From Patescibacteria group bacterium (GTDB lineage Bacteria; Patescibacteriota; JACPGU01): 64,000 nucleotides of DNA. The DNA lies in NCBI GenBank assembly GCA_022703645.1, contig JAKLDG010000001.1:573393-637392 (forward strand), read 5' to 3'. Shown here in pieces: positions 1 to 9,884 of the stretch. The notes under the pieces are model-generated. The model was not told the DNA's origin. It made no database searches and worked only from the letters and a program-made list of their open reading frames with translations. Within the stretch, counting starts at the first letter, position 1, and each line of letters starts with the position of its first letter. Made by a program: the position numbers and the translations under genes.

Positions 1-3000
1 GAGCTGAGGTGGTAGTAGTGCTAGAAGCATCCACCACTACATTGGTATTTAATATTCCCTGATTGTCAGTCACATGAATAGTTGTGTTTGTAATGGAACT
101 CTGCGCAACCTTGGTTAACGCGGTAATCGCAATGACCGGCAGAGTGGTATCTATATTTATAGTCTTGAAATTATCAATGTTGCTATCAGCAGGTATCACC
201 GTACTGCTATCGGTATTTGGGTTTGTAATGTTATCTAATATAGTAGAAGAATTAATAGCCGAAACATTTATCGGCATTATATCTTCACCGCTCCCAATAG
301 CGCCAATAGTGTAAGTTGCCGCAATACTAGACCCTGAAACATTATTTAAAACCAAAGTCTTTCCGTTATTCAAGGTAATATTGAGTGAACTTCCGACTGC
401 TTTAATATTCTCATTGTAATTTGCGGTAATATTGACTGCCTGCCCAGCGCCATACGTACCATTGCTGGTAGTTGAAGTAATGTTTTGTAAAACCGGAGCT
501 GTGGTGTCTATCACGATATCCTTGCTATTGGCAATATTGTTTCCACCTGGAATTGATGGAGATGTATTGCTATTTGGGTTTTCAGCCGTTCTATCGGTAA
601 TAGTACCTGCAACACTGCTGACAGATAAGTCGCCTATATCTTGCCCGCTCCCGGTAGCTCCAACAGTATAAGTACCGCTATAAATAGTTTGATTATTTAC
701 CGCTCCTGTGTTAATAACTGCTCCGTTATTCAAAGTAATTGCTAAGCCTCCGACACTATTAACTGCCTCAGAGAAATTTAAAGTAATATTTATGCCAGCG
801 GTTGGACCGTAAGAACCATTTGTCGTTGTGGATGCCGCGCTGCTAATTGTCGGAGCGGTAGTATCTACTTTTATATCTTTGGAATTATTTATGTTTTGCC
901 CCGCATTGATTGTCGGATTGACAGTGGAATTATTGGATCCATCCGTTATAGTACCGGTAACTGTAGAAATTGATAAGTCATTTGTGTTTTGTCCGCTTCC
1001 CATTGCTCCTACTATATATATCCCGCTATAGCTGTTTTGATTTGTTAAAGCGCCGGTATTTATTACAGCGCCGGTATTTAAAGTAATCGCCAAACCAGCT
1101 GACGAAACTGTTTCATTGAAATTTAAAGTAATATTTATTTCCGATGTTGGACCGTAAGAACTGGTTGGAGTAGTAGAAGTAGCGCTGCTAATAATTGGCG
1201 CACCGGTATCAATAGTAAATGAAGTAATATTTATTGTATTGCTTTGATTGCCGGCAGCATCAGTAACTTTGAGAGTACAATTATTATGAGTACCAGCTCC
1301 TAAAGTATTAAAAGTAATGGTATTATTCCCTGATGTTGCGCTGCCTGTAGCAGACGAACAGTCCCCTCCATATGTAATAGTTCCATCCTCCGAAGAATTA
1401 AATGTGTAATCTGGAGTTGTATCATTGGTTGGAGTTGTTACGGGAGTTACTTGAGTGACGGTTGGATTAATATTATCTACTGTAAACGTTGCTCCGCTTG
1501 TTGGAGCAGAAGTTATAACATTACCAGATAAATCAGTACCGACTGATAAAGCAATGGTTGCGGTGCCATTTCCAGAACCAACTGTATGTATGTATGTATA
1601 ATGTGTGCTATCTACCTTTGTCATATCAGTTGCCGAAACAGTGTTTGATCCGGAGATAGCAATTTTTACAATTGGGCTATCTGCCATAGCTTCGGAGAAG
1701 GTTGCTGTGATGGTCAGAGAATCTCCCGCCTTTACAGATCCATCTGCATCCGAATACGTGATTGAAGCGGTTGGCGCAGAGGTATCTATGGTAAATGAAC
1801 TAACACCGAGGTTTGAACTTTGGTTGCCTACGGCATCGGTAACTTTTATCGTACAGTTACTATGAGTGCCTGCAGAAAGCGCATTAAATGTAACCGTATT
1901 ATTGCCTACTGTTGCGCTCGTTGTAGCTGAAATACAATCTCCGCCATAAGTAATAGTCCCGGCCTTGGTAGTATTAAATGTATAATCAGGAGTCGTATCA
2001 TTAGATGGAGTAACGACTGGGGTTACTTGAGTAACGACCGGAGCAGTAGTATCGATTGTAAAAGAATTAACATTAAGATTAGAACTTTGATTGCCGGCAG
2101 AGTCTGTAACTTTTATCGTACAATTGGAATGAGTTCCTGCAGAAAGTGTATTAAATGTTACCGTATTATTTCCAGCTGTCGCGCTGCCTGTAGCAGATGA
2201 ACAATCTCCTCCATATGTAATGGTGCCGGCTTCAGAAGTATTAAATGTATAATCTGGAGTCGTATCATTGGTTGGAGTTGTTACGGGAGTTACTTGAGTT
2301 ACGGTCGGAGCAGTGATATCTATATTAATATCATTAGCAGAAGCCAAAGTTGATTTATTTCCTACTGCATCTTCAGCGTATAAACAAATGTATTTGGTAT
2401 TATTCGCTTCGGTCGATTGATTCATACTATTGGCATCTGTCTTGGAATAATCGCCTGCCGTTGTTGAACAAGTACCATCAGCATCATAATCCCATTTTTT
2501 GACTGATGCATCACCCCAACCGGCTGTGATCGTATCGGACTGAATCGGTCCGGCCGCTACATTGTCTGAGAAAGAAAGAGAAGGGCCGGTAGTATCCAAA
2601 ATGAAATTCCCCATACTCGTCCAAGCAGACGTAGCTACTCCGTCATTATTCTGCGCGCACCAGTAATAGGTGGTATCTGAACCGATTGTTGAACCCGGTG
2701 TCCATGTAGTTGCTTCATTAATAGTTGCCGTTTCCCCAGATGTGCCGCTGGCAACAACTGAAGTGTTATTGAGACAATTCGCCGCACTGCCGGTTGCGAT
2801 ACGATAATTCGTCGTACCGGTATCATCCGTATCCGGATCTATATATTGAGCTGATAGAGTTGGTGTATTGTCAGCTGTCGTTGAGCCATTAGCAGGCGAA
2901 ACCAATGTTGGAACGCTTGGCGCTACGTTAACAGATTGACCGATTATGAAGTCACCAAATGCAGATAACCCGGTTGCTTGCGTGCTGGTAGAAGTTTTTG

Positions 3001-4537
3001 TACCAACAGTTGGGAGAGACCAGGTACCGGATTTTTCTCCAACTAAGAAACTATTCGTATCTGCCCCGCCGTCTATATCGCCTGCAGCATAATTAAAAGT
3101 TGCGCTATAATTATTAAATGCAATTCCGGAATTCACAAAAGTCCAATATCGGTTAACGCTTTTTGCTGAATTGATTCCTGAATTGGCAATGTCGGAATGA
3201 TCTCCATTTGTTGTACTAACCGTTAAGTCACCTGCTACAGTTACATTTCCAAAGGCGATTGTTACTGGAGCATAATTTGAATCACCGACATAAAAAGTCT
3301 TGCTGGTTGCGCCTGTCGCAATATATTTTTTAAAATTACCGATAATATAACCGGATGTTTGTGTCGTACTACCGGTTGAATTTACATAAATATTATTAGC
3401 CCCCGTCGTCACAGTTCCTTGGGCTAAATTAAGAGCCCCCCCTACAATCGTATTCCCGCCAAGCGCCACGCCAGATGCATTATTGATTTTCAACCCACCG
3501 TAAGTTAATGCGCTCACTGTCTGCGCGCTCGCCCCGGCATATTCTATAGTTAATCCGGAAATTGTATTGGTTGTAAATTTATATTGGCTGGAATAATCAG
3601 CCGTGGCAGCAGTTCGAGTTACTTGAACCGTACCGGAACCGGTAATGGTACCGGCAGCGCCGGCAGTATTGGCAACCACACCTGCATCTGCCGCAAAAGT
3701 CGCTCCTGAATCTACCTGCATCGTGCCACTAACATTGAAATTCGTACTAGCCGAAACTATATTTGAAGTATTGGAAATCGTTAAGTTATTAAAACTGGTC
3801 GCTGTTGAACCGCTAATATTCTGCGCTCCCGAACCGTTAAAAGTCACTGTACCGGAACGCTTGGTAAAGGTAGCATTATTAGTAAAATTCCCACCAACAT
3901 TTAAAGTGCGGTTGCTAGTAGTAACATCCAGTGTACCCGCTGAAATAAGAAGGTCGCCGGCAACTATAGTATTAACACTCAAACTATCTGTAAAACCGGT
4001 GCTGGCGATTGTTAAATTATTATAATTAGTAATTATTGCTGGCAGAGTCGTGTTGGCAGTATGAGCATATATGATAGTACCTGCCCCCGGTATAAAAGTT
4101 TGGTTTGTCGTTGTCCAAGAAGAACGGATTTTTAAATTACCACCATTAGTCATATCAATACTACTGCCCGCTACTGTAGATGAAACAGCTTTTACATTTA
4201 ATGTATGAGTACCACCAACCGGCCAGACCAGAGAACCGGCCATATTTTTACCTACAATCAACGCTCCATAAGCCAAGTCAGGATAAGCATCATCCACAAT
4301 AGCTTCACCATCAATTTGGAGAGTGTTCCCTGCAGCCGCTGCACCACTCCAACAATCCGTATCACTCATAAGACCGCTACAATTGGCGTTGCTTCTGGTA
4401 AATGTTTTACTCGCCGCTTCAACTGGTTTAGCATTATTATCGGCGAATAAAGTAATAAAAAAAGCGAGTACAAAAATACTCACTAACAGAACAGAAAGTA
4501 ATCCCTTTTTATTTTTGTTTCGAATAATTTTTTGCAT
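1..4537 (-). CDS. Giant repeat-rich cell-surface protein, N-terminal ~1512 codons (3' end beyond window start)
   Basis: Own minus-strand translation: ATG at 4535-4537 (MQKIIRNKNKKGLLSVLLVSIFVLAFFITLF, signal-anchor-like) stays open to position 1; spot-checked at 2599-2641 (GVATSAWTSMGNFIL). Missing from ORF track because no stop lies in window. T/S/N/G-rich Ig-like modules. Confidence 0.75.
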   Translation of the reverse strand, partial: MQKIIRNKNKKGLLSVLLVSIFVLAFFITLFADNNAKPVEAASKTFTRSNANCSGLMSDTDCWSGAAAAGNTLQIDGEAIVDDAYPDLAYGALIVGKNMAGSLVWPVGGTHTLNVKAVSSTVAGSSIDMTNGGNLKIRSSWTTTNQTFIPGAGTIIYAHTANTTLPAIITNYNNLTIASTGFTDSLSVNTIVAGDLLISAGTLDVTTSNRTLNVGGNFTNNATFTKRSGTVTFNGSGAQNISGSTATSFNNLTISNTSNIVSASTNFNVSGTMQVDSGATFAADAGVVANTAGAAGTITGSGTVQVTRTAATADYSSQYKFTTNTISGLTIEYAGASAQTVSALTYGGLKINNASGVALGGNTIVGGALNLAQGTVTTGANNIYVNSTGSTTQTSGYIIGNFKKYIATGATSKTFYVGDSNYAPVTIAFGNVTVAGDLTVSTTNGDHSDIANSGINSAKSVNRYWTFVNSGIAFNNYSATFNYAAGDIDGGADTNSFLVGEKSGTWSLPTVGTKTSTSTQATGLSAFGDFIIGQSVNVAPSVPTLVSPANGSTTADNTPTLSAQYIDPDTDDTGTTNYRIATGSAANCLNNTSVVASGTSGETATINEATTWTPGSTIGSDTTYYWCAQNNDGVATSAWTSMGNFILDTTGPSLSFSDNVAAGPIQSDTITAGWGDASVKKWDYDADGTCSTTAGDYSKTDANSMNQSTEANNTKYICLYAEDAVGNKSTLASANDINIDITAPTVTQVTPVTTPTNDTTPDYTFNTSEAGTITYGGDCSSATGSATAGNNTVTFNTLSAGTHSNCTIKVTDSAGNQSSNLNVNSFTIDTTAPVVTQVTPVVTPSNDTTPDYTFNTTKAGTITYGGDCISATTSATVGNNTVTFNALSAGTHSNCTIKVTDAVGNQSSNLGVSSFTIDTSAPTASITYSDADGSVKAGDSLTITATFSEAMADSPIVKIAISGSNTVSATDMTKVDSTHYTYIHTVGSGNGTATIALSVGTDLSGNVITSAPTSGATFTVDNINPTVTQVTPVTTPTNDTTPDYTFNSSEDGTITYGGDCSSATGSATSGNNTITFNTLGAGTHNNCTLKVTDAAGNQSNTINITSFTIDTGAPIISSATSTTPTSSYGPTSEINITLNFNETVSSAGLAITLNTGAVINTGALTNQNSYSGIYIVGAMGSGQNTNDLSISTVTGTITDGSNNSTVNPTINAGQNINNSKDIKVDTTAPTISSAASTTTNGSYGPTAGINITLNFSEAVNSVGGLAITLNNGAVINTGAVNNQTIYSGTYTVGATGSGQDIGDLSVSSVAGTITDRTAENPNSNTSPSIPGGNNIANSKDIVIDTTAPVLQNITSTTSNGTYGAGQAVNITANYNENIKAVGSSLNITLNNGKTLVLNNVSGSSIAATYTIGAIGSGEDIMPINVSAINSSTILDNITNPNTDSSTVIPADSNIDNFKTINIDTTLPVIAITALTKVAQSSITNTTIHVTDNQGILNTNVVVDASSTTTTSA
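140..1200 (-). repeat. Three tandem ~350-bp intragenic repeat units (~115-aa module) inside the giant surface gene
   Basis: Near-identical peptide modules in own translation (SYGPT..INITLNF.E.V...LAITLN.GAVINTGA...GSGQ..DLS.S.V.GTITD); boundaries approximate. Confidence 0.55.
1195..2320 (-). repeat. Three copies of a ~285-bp intragenic repeat (~95-aa module DTTAPTVTQVTPVTTPTNDTTPDYTFN...GGDCSSAT...CTIKVTD) at about 1195-1480, 1755-2040 and 2035-2320
   Basis: Near-identical nucleotide and peptide blocks seen in own translation; boundaries approximate. Confidence 0.6.
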
Positions 4538-4758
4538 TTCTCAGCTTTACTTTCTTTAGCAACTCCATCCTGATTTCATTTTAGCACCACTTCTAAATAT
4601 ACGCAAAGTCAAAAATATTGGCTAATAAAAGGGTTATTTTTGACGGTGGAAAAACATGATTTTTATTTATTGATAATTATTATCAAAAAACAGTGATTTT
4701 TAATAGCAAAACTGTGGATAAGTCGCATGTTTTTTTCTCGGTTAAAATCTCTTTTTTT

Positions 4759-4895
4759 GTCATCCTCGAGCACTGTTGTACTCAACAGTAAATCGGGGAT
4801 CCACAACATTAAGAAAATATTATATAGCTATTTATATTCTTGTTGAACTGGATCCCCGATTTCATGATGTGTACATCTATGAGCTCGAGGATGAC
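4759..4895. repeat. 137-bp inverted-repeat element: GTCATCCTC-N26-CGGGGATCC unit in both arms, each arm holding its own small hairpin
   Basis: gtcatcctcgagc (4759-4771) pairs with gctcgaggatgac (4883-4895); cggggatcc (4794-4802) with ggatccccg (4850-4858); partial second copy at 19713-19777. Confidence 0.6.
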
Positions 4896-4907
4896 AACGA
4901 AGAAGCG

Positions 4908-4975
4908 AGAACTTAATTGGAAATTTTAACATTGTTTCATTGATTGAAAATTGTAAATTGAGAATTGAAAATTTA
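4908..4975. repeat. Degenerate GAAAATT/GGAAATT heptamer-type simple repeat (intergenic)
   Basis: ggaaattttaac...gattgaaaattgtaaattgagaattgaaaattt; same motif family recurs at 7856, 10480, 23751, 50759 and 51033. Confidence 0.5.
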
Positions 4976-5025
4976 TTTTGTATATTATAACACTATTATA
5001 ACTTCAACAGATAAAATAATTTTAT

Positions 5026-5056
5026 AACAAAAAAGGACTCCGCTTTCGCGGAGCCC
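5026..5056 (-). terminator. Rho-independent terminator downstream of glyQS
   Basis: Minus-strand RNA GGGCUCCGC-GAAA-GCGGAGUCC followed by UUUUUUGUU; 20 nt after the stop. Confidence 0.7.
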
Positions 5057-5075
5057 TTAATTAATCAATTTTTAT

Positions 5076-6395
5076 TTATCCAAGTCTTTCCTTCAACCAA
5101 CCCTCCAATTCCTCGATCTTAACGATTTCCTGTTTCATCGTATCGCGGTCTCGCACAGTCACAGTACCCTTTTCCAGCGAATCAAAATCTACCGTCACGC
5201 AATACGGAGTTCCGATTTCGTCTTGATATCGATATCTCTTCCCAATATTTCCCCTATCATCCCAAAATACATTAAATTGTTTTTTCAAAGTTCCGTAAAC
5301 TTCTCGCGCCTTCTCAACTAACTCCGGTTTGTTTTTGAGAAGTGGAAATACTGCGACTTTGAACGGTGCTAATAATGGTTTGAGATGCAAAACAACCCGC
5401 GTCTCGCCATCTTCCATTTTTTCTTCTTCAAAAGCCTCGGATAATACCGCAAGCAATGTTCTATTAATACCAAATGTTGGTTCAAGTACATGAGGAATAT
5501 ATCTTTTACTATCCTCATCATCAAAATATTCCATATTCTCACCAGATGCTTTTTGATGATTGGAAAGATCGAAATCCGTGCGATATGCTATCGCCCATAG
5601 CTCATCCTGACCAAAAGGAAACTGATATTCCATATCGATAGTTCTCTTGGAATAAAAAGCGCGATCAGCTTCTGGAATTTCATGATTATACATTTTTTTT
5701 CGGTCAAGCCCCACAATATCCATAAACCCATACATATAATCAACCCATTCTTCAAAAATCTTGTTCCAATCACTGTCCGGCTTGATAAAATATTCTATCT
5801 CTCCCTGCTCAAATTCATAAGTTCGGAAAATAAAATTTCCCGTCGTTACTTCATTGCGAAAAGCCTTACCAATCTGGCCAATACCAAAAGGAATTTTCTT
5901 GTTCGTAGAATTTAAAACATTTTTATAATCCGCAAATATTGCCTGCGCTGTTTCAGGTCGCAGGTATGCGACTAATCCGTCTTCCTCTACTGGACCGATA
6001 ATGGTTTTAAACATTCCATTGAATCTTCTTTCTTCTGTAAATTCACCTCCGCAATCAGGACATTTGCTGGCGTCCTCTAATTTATCAGGGCGGAATCTTT
6101 TGTGACATTTCTTACATTCGACAAGAGGATCAGTAAAGTTTTCAACGTGAGTAGAAGCCTGCCAAATCTTTGGAGATAGAATTATTCCTCCATCGATTCC
6201 AGTCATATCTTCCCTATCCTGAACGAAATATTTCCACCAAGCATGTTTGATATTGTTATTCAGTTCAACCCCCATCGGACCGTAATCATAACTGGAAGCC
6301 AAACCACCATATATCTCAGAAGATGGAAACACAAATCCCCTTCTCTTACAAAGAGAAACTATTTTTTCCATCTTATCGTCTAATTCTTTTGCCAT
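5076..6395 (-). CDS. glyQS: Glycine--tRNA ligase (class II, alpha2 type)
   Basis: 439 aa; MAKELDDKMEKIVSLCKRRGFVFPSSEIYGGLASSYDYGPMG N-terminus and overall class II GlyRS pattern; ATG start confirmed in text. Confidence 0.93.
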   Translation of the reverse strand: MAKELDDKMEKIVSLCKRRGFVFPSSEIYGGLASSYDYGPMGVELNNNIKHAWWKYFVQDREDMTGIDGGIILSPKIWQASTHVENFTDPLVECKKCHKRFRPDKLEDASKCPDCGGEFTEERRFNGMFKTIIGPVEEDGLVAYLRPETAQAIFADYKNVLNSTNKKIPFGIGQIGKAFRNEVTTGNFIFRTYEFEQGEIEYFIKPDSDWNKIFEEWVDYMYGFMDIVGLDRKKMYNHEIPEADRAFYSKRTIDMEYQFPFGQDELWAIAYRTDFDLSNHQKASGENMEYFDDEDSKRYIPHVLEPTFGINRTLLAVLSEAFEEEKMEDGETRVVLHLKPLLAPFKVAVFPLLKNKPELVEKAREVYGTLKKQFNVFWDDRGNIGKRYRYQDEIGTPYCVTVDFDSLEKGTVTVRDRDTMKQEIVKIEELEGWLKERLG

Positions 6396-6449
6396 AAGTT
6401 TTATCTAATTATATTCGATACTTTATATTCTATATTATTTTGTATTTTT

Positions 6450-7193
6450 TTAAAACATCAAAAATTGCTTTGATTTTAGCTCTCTTCCGAGAACGTGTTC
6501 AAGAAAGAACGCGTTTATCCTTTTTGCTTCTTCTTGAATCTCCTTTTCCATAACTACTTTACCAATAAAACCAAAATCTTTTTCTACGATTAAGCGCATT
6601 AATTTTATCGCGTTTTGAGAAATTTTATTGGAATAAAGATCTTTGTCGCTGCATGTTTCGCAGAGTATTCCCCCTCTATCTTCGCTGAAATAAAATTTAT
6701 GCCCTGATATCTCATCGCGACATCCAACACAAACCAGAAATTCCGGTTTGAAGCCAAGATAAGACAAAACATTTAATTCAAAATATACGGTAAGCAAAAG
6801 CAGATTGGTTTCTTTCTTTTTTAATTCTTCAAGCAGAGAAAGGAAAAATGCAAAAGTGTTTTTATGTCTTACACCTTCCTCTAATATTTTGTCGAGTACC
6901 TCACAAAAATAGTAATAAACTCCAGTTCGATCAAAATCTTTTTTTATATCTTCGAAACTATCAATTATTTGAGCTCCAATCACAATATACATATTCTTTC
7001 CTTTTATCAATTCCAATTCGACAAGATTGAAAACCTCAAGATGCCCCGCCATTTTGGCAAGCGCTCTTTTCAATCCTTTTGCTTTAATCTGAATTTTACC
7101 AAGGTCTTGCGTGAAAACTGTGAGAATTTTATCCGCTTCAAAAAAATCTCTTTTGCCAATCACAATACCTTGGGTTTTATATGATTCATTCAT
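6450..7193 (-). CDS. recO: DNA repair protein RecO
   Basis: 247 aa; N-terminal OB-fold-like region and C..C...C..C zinc motif (CVGCRDE...CETCSDK) typical of RecO. Confidence 0.8.
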   Translation of the reverse strand: MNESYKTQGIVIGKRDFFEADKILTVFTQDLGKIQIKAKGLKRALAKMAGHLEVFNLVELELIKGKNMYIVIGAQIIDSFEDIKKDFDRTGVYYYFCEVLDKILEEGVRHKNTFAFFLSLLEELKKKETNLLLLTVYFELNVLSYLGFKPEFLVCVGCRDEISGHKFYFSEDRGGILCETCSDKDLYSNKISQNAIKLMRLIVEKDFGFIGKVVMEKEIQEEAKRINAFFLEHVLGRELKSKQFLMF

Positions 7194-7222
7194 GGAAAAC
7201 TTTATAATTTTCTACTTTATAA

Positions 7223-8134
7223 CTACTTTTGACATTTCGTACAGTAATGAGCACTGCGTTGGCCAATCCTGATCTTTTTCACCACTCCCCCACATTTTCC
7301 GCACCTTTGCTTTTCTTTTCGATAAACGAAACTATGTTCTTGATAATGGCCTTTAAGCCCAAATGCATCACGAAAATCTGACTCCGATGAACCGCGGTAC
7401 TTAATCGCTTTTTCGAGCACCGGACGAATAGATTTGTATATTTTAACCAATTCTTTTGTCTTTAAACTTTTTATCGTTCTATCCGGTCTTACCCCTGCGT
7501 AAAAAAGAATTTCATCGCCATAAATATTTCCAATCCCGGAAAACTTCGCTTGATCCATGAGAACAGACTTTATTTTACCTGTAGAACGACCTATTATGCT
7601 TTGGAACACATCAAAAGTAAATTTAGGGTCCAGTGGTTCCGGGCCGAGTTTGCTCTCAAGAGAAGAAAGATAATCGCGTTTTACGAGCCTCCATTCTCCA
7701 AACTTTCGCACATCCGAATAAGCTAAAATGTAGCCTCCTGAAAGTTCGAGAACGATATGAATATATTGATTCCTCGGATCCTGCAAAACCTCCGGCAAAT
7801 TCTCTCCTACCCATCTCCCCTTTTTTATATATTGTCGCGAAACGACTCTGCCATTGGAAATTGGAAATTGAGAATTGGAAATTATAATTATGTGTCCTGT
7901 CATTTTGAGATGAATCGTCAAAAGCATTTCTCCCGATAAAAAGATAATAATGTTCTTTGCTCTTCTTTCAACCTTCTCGATTTTCCTATTTTTTATCCTT
8001 TTTTTGAAATCAGCAAGCACCGCTCCTTTAATCAATTTTGGCGCATCGCAATACCTGAGGCCAATAATTGTCTTGCCCTTGATAGATTCATTTAGATCAT
8101 TTACAATAGTCTGCACCTCAGGTAATTCTGGCAT
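7223..8134 (-). CDS. mutM: Formamidopyrimidine-DNA glycosylase (Fpg/MutM; Nei not excluded)
   Basis: Starts MPELPEV (catalytic Pro2/Glu3); C-terminal zinc finger CGKCGG...HYCTKCQ; carries an in-frame heptamer-repeat insert. Confidence 0.88.
   Translation of the reverse strand: MPELPEVQTIVNDLNESIKGKTIIGLRYCDAPKLIKGAVLADFKKRIKNRKIEKVERRAKNIIIFLSGEMLLTIHLKMTGHIIIISNSQFPISNGRVVSRQYIKKGRWVGENLPEVLQDPRNQYIHIVLELSGGYILAYSDVRKFGEWRLVKRDYLSSLESKLGPEPLDPKFTFDVFQSIIGRSTGKIKSVLMDQAKFSGIGNIYGDEILFYAGVRPDRTIKSLKTKELVKIYKSIRPVLEKAIKYRGSSESDFRDAFGLKGHYQEHSFVYRKEKQRCGKCGGVVKKIRIGQRSAHYCTKCQK
7856..7883. repeat. GGAAATT-type heptamer tandem repeat (4 units) inside mutM coding sequence
   Basis: ggaaattggaaattgagaattggaaatt; encodes ISNSQFPIS on the minus strand. 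Confidence 0.6.
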
Positions 8135-8162
8135 ATATTAATTATAGCAGAAAAAAAACCAT

Positions 8163-8211
8163 AAGAAAATAAAACAGCGCGATCGCTCTTTATAAAAATT
8201 TGCGATCGCGC
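8163..8211 (-). terminator. Rho-independent terminator (GC-rich 10-bp stem containing GCGATCGC) after the 8212-8598 gene
   Basis: gcgcgatcgc-N15-gcgatcgcgc perfect inverted repeat (8177-8211), followed on the minus strand by UGUUUUAUUUUCUU. Confidence 0.7.
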
Positions 8212-8598
8212 CTAATTTGCGCCCTCTTTGTTAAATGTATCTTGCGATGTCTCCCACTGTTCAATATTGGGATTAATCACAGTAGGCCCAGAAGCAGGAA
8301 AATTCACTCTGCTGATTTTCCTGACTTCAATCGATTCCGGATCCAATCTTATGTAGAGCCCCATTTTTTTGCAGAGCGGAACTTCTTTTTTTGCCAGACG
8401 TATTATCGCCTGCCTTTTTGCTTCAATAGCATTGAAGTCCTCGCCCCGCATTTTTACAATATATTCCCTCTTTTTTTCAACAGAGGGAATTGTGAGACCT
8501 GGATCTTCATAAGTCTCAAAAATGCAGAGGATTTTCCACTTTACAAAAGTTACCGGTCCTCTGTCTTTCAAGGAAATTACGTTATCATAAGAATCCAA
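8212..8598 (-). CDS. Hypothetical protein
   Basis: Track ORF 8212-8607 (GTG); likelier TTG start at 8598, 6 nt after GGGAGGTG. Real terminator and promoter flank it; the opposite-strand ORF 8200-8631 looks like a shadow. Confidence 0.5.
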   Translation of the reverse strand: MDSYDNVISLKDRGPVTFVKWKILCIFETYEDPGLTIPSVEKKREYIVKMRGEDFNAIEAKRQAIIRLAKKEVPLCKKMGLYIRLDPESIEVRKISRVNFPASGPTVINPNIEQWETSQDTFNKEGAN

Positions 8599-8660
8599 GT
8601 ATCTCACCTCCCTCGAATTTATCTATTTTAACGAACATGCCATAATGGCAATGTACATAA

Positions 8661-8689
8661 AGAATACCACATACAATTATGTATGTCAA
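8661..8689 (-). promoter_or_regulatory. Sigma70-like promoter (-35 TTGACA, 17-nt spacer, -10 TATTCT) with palindrome ACATACA-ATTA-TGTATGT overlapping spacer and -35
   Basis: Minus-strand reading of 8661-8689: ttgacatacataattgtatgtggtattct; about 60 nt upstream of the 8598 start. Confidence 0.5.
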
Positions 8690-8739
8690 GCATTTTCACA
8701 ATTATACTAGTTCAGATAGTATTTTACGCTATTTTTATT

Positions 8740-9147
8740 TTATATCTTGCCTATTTCTGATTTCACTTCAACTGCAGGTTCCGCTGCAACTTCTTGTTTT
8801 ATCTCAGCCACAACCTCTTTATTTGGCTCTTGAATTTCAGGAATACTTGGGGCTTGCGGTGCAGGAGAAGTTTCATCTTTTATTTCTACCTGTGGCGGTA
8901 ATTCTATTTTTTCTGGTTCCGGAGATAAAGCCTGAGTCGTATCTGGCGCAGATAAAGTTTCAATTCCTTTTTCTAATTTTACCTTTTCCGCTTCAATTTC
9001 AAGCTCGGGTATAGTATCAATGTCTTTAATTTTTTCTGCTGTAATTTTATTTTCCATCCATTCATCATGCACTTCCTTTTCATCTTTTACTAATTTCTCT
9101 TCCTCTGGAGGGATTATCGGTTGTACTGGATTTGTTTGATCTGTCAT
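8740..9147 (-). CDS. Hypothetical acidic low-complexity protein (E/K/P-rich)
   Basis: 135-aa ORF in operon orientation with neighbours; no family recognised. Confidence 0.4.
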   Translation of the reverse strand: MTDQTNPVQPIIPPEEEKLVKDEKEVHDEWMENKITAEKIKDIDTIPELEIEAEKVKLEKGIETLSAPDTTQALSPEPEKIELPPQVEIKDETSPAPQAPSIPEIQEPNKEVVAEIKQEVAAEPAVEVKSEIGKI

Positions 9148-9173
9148 ATTTTTTTAATTATTATTATAAGTTT

Positions 9174-9863
9174 CTAAGCTGCCATCTTTTTTTCTTTAAT
9201 GAGCAACACCTCGTTATATTTTGATTTTATTTTTTCCCCATATTTACTAAATATCTCGTTTAAGTCTTCGGATGACGGTATTTCTTCAGTTCTAGAATTT
9301 GGTAATACTTTCTCTACGCCATCTTTTTTTTGATTAACAAAGCTTGTTACGGTTATAGCGTCAATGTTACCGCGATATTTTGGATTTAAAAATATTTTTT
9401 TTGCTTCTACTTTCTTGGAAACACCGTCAATTTTCTCTGAAACAGAAGTTATAATTTTATTTTTTATTTCTTCCAGCAAAAGCCTATCATTTGCATCACC
9501 ACTTCTTTTTATCGTAAACTTAACCTCGTATCCGTTCTCATTTGGAACGGAAAAAGTAATCTGGCTTCCCCCATTGCGTTTTAGTAATTCATCCATAACA
9601 CCGTAAATTTGATCCCCAATTTTCTTTAAACCATCGAGGTATCTTGAATAACTTTTATCATAGCTTCCTAAAGAATTAGTTGATTCTGATAATGTATCGA
9701 TTTTATCATCAAAATTTTGAATCATTTCGGATCTTTCATTAAAGTCTTTTGGTTCAGCAACCTCAACTGAATGAAATTTGAAAGTCGCGGGTTGCGCTAA
9801 AATGGTGTCTATATTAGGTTTTTTTTCTGAACTATTATATTCTTCTCTATAGTTTATGGGCAT
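9174..9863 (-). CDS. Hypothetical protein
   Basis: 229-aa ORF, same strand and tight spacing with flanking genes; no motif recognised. Confidence 0.5.
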   Translation of the reverse strand: MPINYREEYNSSEKKPNIDTILAQPATFKFHSVEVAEPKDFNERSEMIQNFDDKIDTLSESTNSLGSYDKSYSRYLDGLKKIGDQIYGVMDELLKRNGGSQITFSVPNENGYEVKFTIKRSGDANDRLLLEEIKNKIITSVSEKIDGVSKKVEAKKIFLNPKYRGNIDAITVTSFVNQKKDGVEKVLPNSRTEEIPSSEDLNEIFSKYGEKIKSKYNEVLLIKEKKMAA

Positions 9864-9884
9864 ATCGAATTATTTACTTATATT

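Noticed and set aside
84-4559. Seven plus-strand track ORFs (84-314, 432-671, 828-1031, 1605-1865, 3645-4025, 4205-4450, 4323-4559)
   Set aside because: They lie antisense to the continuous minus-strand giant gene; low-complexity translations; treated as shadow ORFs.
8200-9014. Plus-strand ORFs 8200-8631 and 8679-9014
   Set aside because: Opposite-strand ORFs have a real terminator, promoter and SD; plus-strand translations are Cys/Phe/Leu-rich junk-like; judged shadows.
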